DNA of 64,000 nucleotides, taken from assembly GCA_010093745.1 (NCBI GenBank), contig MU005975.1, positions 186,001 to 250,000 on the forward strand, given 5' to 3'. The first letter of the stretch is position 1, and every line of letters begins with the position of its first letter. This document shows positions 61,201 through 64,000 of this stretch, in pieces. The DNA is from Piedraia hortae CBS 480.64. Its lineage: Eukaryota. A program made the position numbers and the translations under genes. The notes below the pieces were generated by a model. It saw only the letters and a list, made by a program, of their open reading frames with translations, made no database searches and was not told the origin of the DNA.

Positions 61201-62814
61201 CTTCCACAAGAACGGCGAGTCTTCCGGTTTAGACCCATACCGCAGCTTGACACAGTCTCCCCATGGGATGAGTTCACGGCGGAGGTAGACTCTGGAGTCT
61301 GGTCCGGCATGGTCACGGAGAACATCAGCTGCCCAGACCCAGCCATTATTGGCCAGAGCTAGCTCATCTGGGTGGCTATTCGGACCTGCCTCTAGACGTG
61401 TAAAGTAAGGCTCTGCGAGGGGGAACTTTGACGTGATCTCGCCCTGCTTGGGCCCATGATCATCAAGACGAGTGTACTTGATCCGGTCAGAGAGTTGTTT
61501 GATAATCGTCTCAACGTCATTGTCGTACTCCCGATACCAGTCAACATTGACGTCGTTCAGAATCGCCTTCATCGTCTCTACGGCCGTCTTAATATTCTGA
61601 GGGTCATACTTTCCAACCAGCCGTTGAAGCAACGCAGCTGCAGTCTTTGGAGCGACTCGTCGACGGAACCGCTCACCCATGCGGTCCTTTCCTTGAAAAG
61701 CGTTCTCTCGCACCCAATTCGCCTTTTGTTCCGCCGACCATTGAGACGCATTCTCAAGACCGGGCGCATCCTCATCAATCGGCCCCGCCTTCCACGCGGC
61801 ACAAGCTGCCTGGGCGTCGTCATCTACATTACAGACATAAAACTCCCACAGCTTGATAACGCTGACGACGTGTTCCTTGACACCGCCCATAACTCTTTGC
61901 AGATCATCAAAGCTTGTCAGACGAGTAGGCAGACCCAGCTCAGCCAAACGGTCCGAGTATTTCAACAGAGCAGTGTCCAATTCAAGAGCAGGACGCAAAT
62001 GCGGTGCTGTAACTAGATTGTAACCCGCATCTGGATGATCCTTTAGCCAGGCGCTATTGTTGGCTGTATGATTCAAAACTACATCGGTCATGCTCAAGAG
62101 GTTATACTTGGTCTCCATTGTTTCGAGCAATTCAGCAACGTCTTTTGTGCCGTTAGGAAACATTTCCTGATCAAAAGCAAGCTGATCGTAGATTGAATAC
62201 GGCGAATTACTTTCTCCGCGGGTCATCAAAGGCGTGAAGTGGACCATGTTATAGCCTCTCTCGCTGATACCCTGGAGATGTTTGTAAAAGTCGTCGGGAT
62301 ACTTGCCCATTAGCTTTGAAAGGACGGAGATGATGCTGATGGCATCGAGCGGGACCTTTTCGCCCTGGACCTGCAGAGACGGCTCAATGTCAATGTGGTA
62401 TTCACATGTCTTGGTAGGCTTTGGAGCTTCCACCGGTTCGGTAGAGAACTCGGGCAGAGGGGTATAGGTGCAGTAATAGGTAAAAGCGCCCGCAGCATAC
62501 ACTGGGACATCAATTTCAATATCATTGTTGAAAGACGGGGTCAATCTAGAAATCAGCCACGAACTTGCCCAAACCTCTAGCTATACTCACTTGAATTCCT
62601 GGAATTTACTCCGAACAAAATCATCTTTGTGTCCCGGTAAGTTGACCCATAGGCTGCCATTCCGACAGATGGAGCTAGTTCCGCCAATTTTGAAGCGAAT
62701 GCTGTACGGAGGGTCCGTCGGCGGGGGGAGGTAGATGTATGGCGGCTCACCGGCGAGGTCGGGGGAGCCATCATTCTTCAACGGCAGCAAATGGGTTATC
62801 TGCCGGGGAGCCAT
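58201..62814 (-). CDS. GDB1: Glycogen debranching enzyme; exons 62814-62591 and 62545-58201
   Basis: Motifs GYNMVHFTPL, GFRIDNCHSTP, DCTHDNE, WARCWGRD, NCGTWMDKMG and YHQGPEW. One 45-bp intron. Confidence 0.97.
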
Positions 62815-63410
62815 AGTTCTTGGAATCAAGAGGAGGCTGTGATCATTAATAGGAAGAGACTTGTTTCTATTTGAATGAGTGATAGGGCACGTGAGAGAGG
62901 TCCTGTAATCCCTTCGATATGGCCCAATGAATAGAGGGTGGAAGGGTAGACGTCACTCGATGCAGGAACAGCAAGGATCCACGGAGCAATTCCGCTGTCA
63001 GCAAATGGTCTATCTAATCACATGGAGAGCCAGTAGCGCGGGCCGCCGTTAAGCCTATCTCGTACTGTAGTGCAGGAAGGATTTCACGTTGCCACCAGGA
63101 CACTATCGGAGACTTGTGCTGCCACTGGTATCCGATTCCATTCATGACATCCACAAGTTACCCCCCGCCCAGTAGCACAATAGCTGATAACAGACAATAA
63201 CGATGCCATCAACATCCAGCAAAATCTTCCTCCAACCCCGCGATGCGATGCGGGGTTCATGCCCTTGTCCCAACCCGGCCTGGCGTGTGACGTCACTTCC
63301 TCCTACTTCAAAAAAATTCCCACACCATAACCAACCAACCAGCAGCTAGCAGCGTTACCGCCACGGAAGCCACCGAAAACGTCGCCGAAGAGATCATTGA
63401 AGACACCACC

Positions 63411-64000
63411 ATGGAACCCACCAACGAAACCACCACAGAATCCTCCGACACCCGCCCATTCAAACGCTCTCGCTTCCTAGAACCCTCCCCCCTCCCTTCC
63501 GCCGGGGACCTCGCAATCCTGCACGTGAAGCGCGACGTCATCACGCCCGTAATCCTGTCAACCAGCACCACAACCGGCTACGCCGAAGGCGCCGTAACAA
63601 ACACCCGTTTCGGCAGCTTTCCCCACTCACGTCTTCTCTCCTCCCCCTGGGGAAGCCAAATCCGCGCCAGCAAGGTAGACACCGGCTCACGGGGACGCGG
63701 GAAGACCCCTACCACAGCCACCGAACCAGTCGATGCTGCAGCTGGTTTCATCCACCTCTTACCCCCCACCCCCGAGACGTGGACGCTGTCGCTTTCGCAT
63801 CGGACGCAGGTGGTGTATACCCCCGATTATAGCTATGTTCTGGGGCGGATGGAGGTGCGGCCGGGGGGGAGGGTAATGGAGGCTGGCGCTGGGAGTGGGA
63901 GTTTCACACACGCCGCTGCGCGCGCGGTGTATGGGCCTGGCGGGAGGGTGTATAGTTTTGATTTTCACGAGCCGAGGGTTGAGGCGCTGAGGAAGGAGAT
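63411..64000 (+). CDS. GCD14: tRNA (adenine-58-N1) methyltransferase catalytic subunit, cut by the window end
   Basis: Motifs TRFGSFPHS, PTPETWTLSLSHRTQVVYTPD, EAGAGSGSFTH and FDFHEPR. Absent from the ORF track because no stop codon falls inside the window. Confidence 0.93.
   Translation, partial: MEPTNETTTESSDTRPFKRSRFLEPSPLPSAGDLAILHVKRDVITPVILSTSTTTGYAEGAVTNTRFGSFPHSRLLSSPWGSQIRASKVDTGSRGRGKTPTTATEPVDAAAGFIHLLPPTPETWTLSLSHRTQVVYTPDYSYVLGRMEVRPGGRVMEAGAGSGSFTHAAARAVYGPGGRVYSFDFHEPRVEALRKE

Noticed and set aside
58500..62740. Many short overlapping or antisense ORFs within GDB1 (likewise within the NLR, RhoGAP and pogo ORFs)
   Set aside because: They are shadow frames of real genes with no independent support.
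1..64000. tRNA, rRNA or snRNA genes
   Set aside because: None recognised by eye; tRNAscan-SE and Rfam were not run.

Overview
Filamentous-ascomycete DNA with compact genes and 45-66 bp GT-AG introns; everything was read by eye and no searches were run. Two clusters of intact genes are present. The first (11.2-17.5 kb) holds a C2H2-like zinc-finger protein, Rab GGTase-beta BET2 and a RhoGAP. The second (58.2-64 kb) holds the glycogen debranching enzyme GDB1 and, divergently, TRM61/GCD14. Two accessory islands (1-11 kb and ~19-58 kb) contain about 18 solo or partial LTRs from at least 7 families, five with perfect 5-bp TSDs. They also contain a catalytically mutated pogo/Fot1 transposase, a decayed CMC-type transposase with a CAC terminus, LINE, hAT and Mutator-like fragments, and one NACHT-WD40 NLR. 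Main findings: (1) An apparent derelict Starship: co-oriented minus-strand relics resembling a DUF3435 captain, DUF3723 and a ferric reductase at ~19.7-25.9 kb, plus patatin-like relics. (2) A ~40-nt hairpin module conserved, with compensatory changes, across five otherwise divergent LTR families. (3) An NLR whose NACHT and WD40 halves are separated by one in-frame TAG that an alternative in-phase splice donor could bypass. The relic assignments are motif-level inferences and need HMM confirmation.
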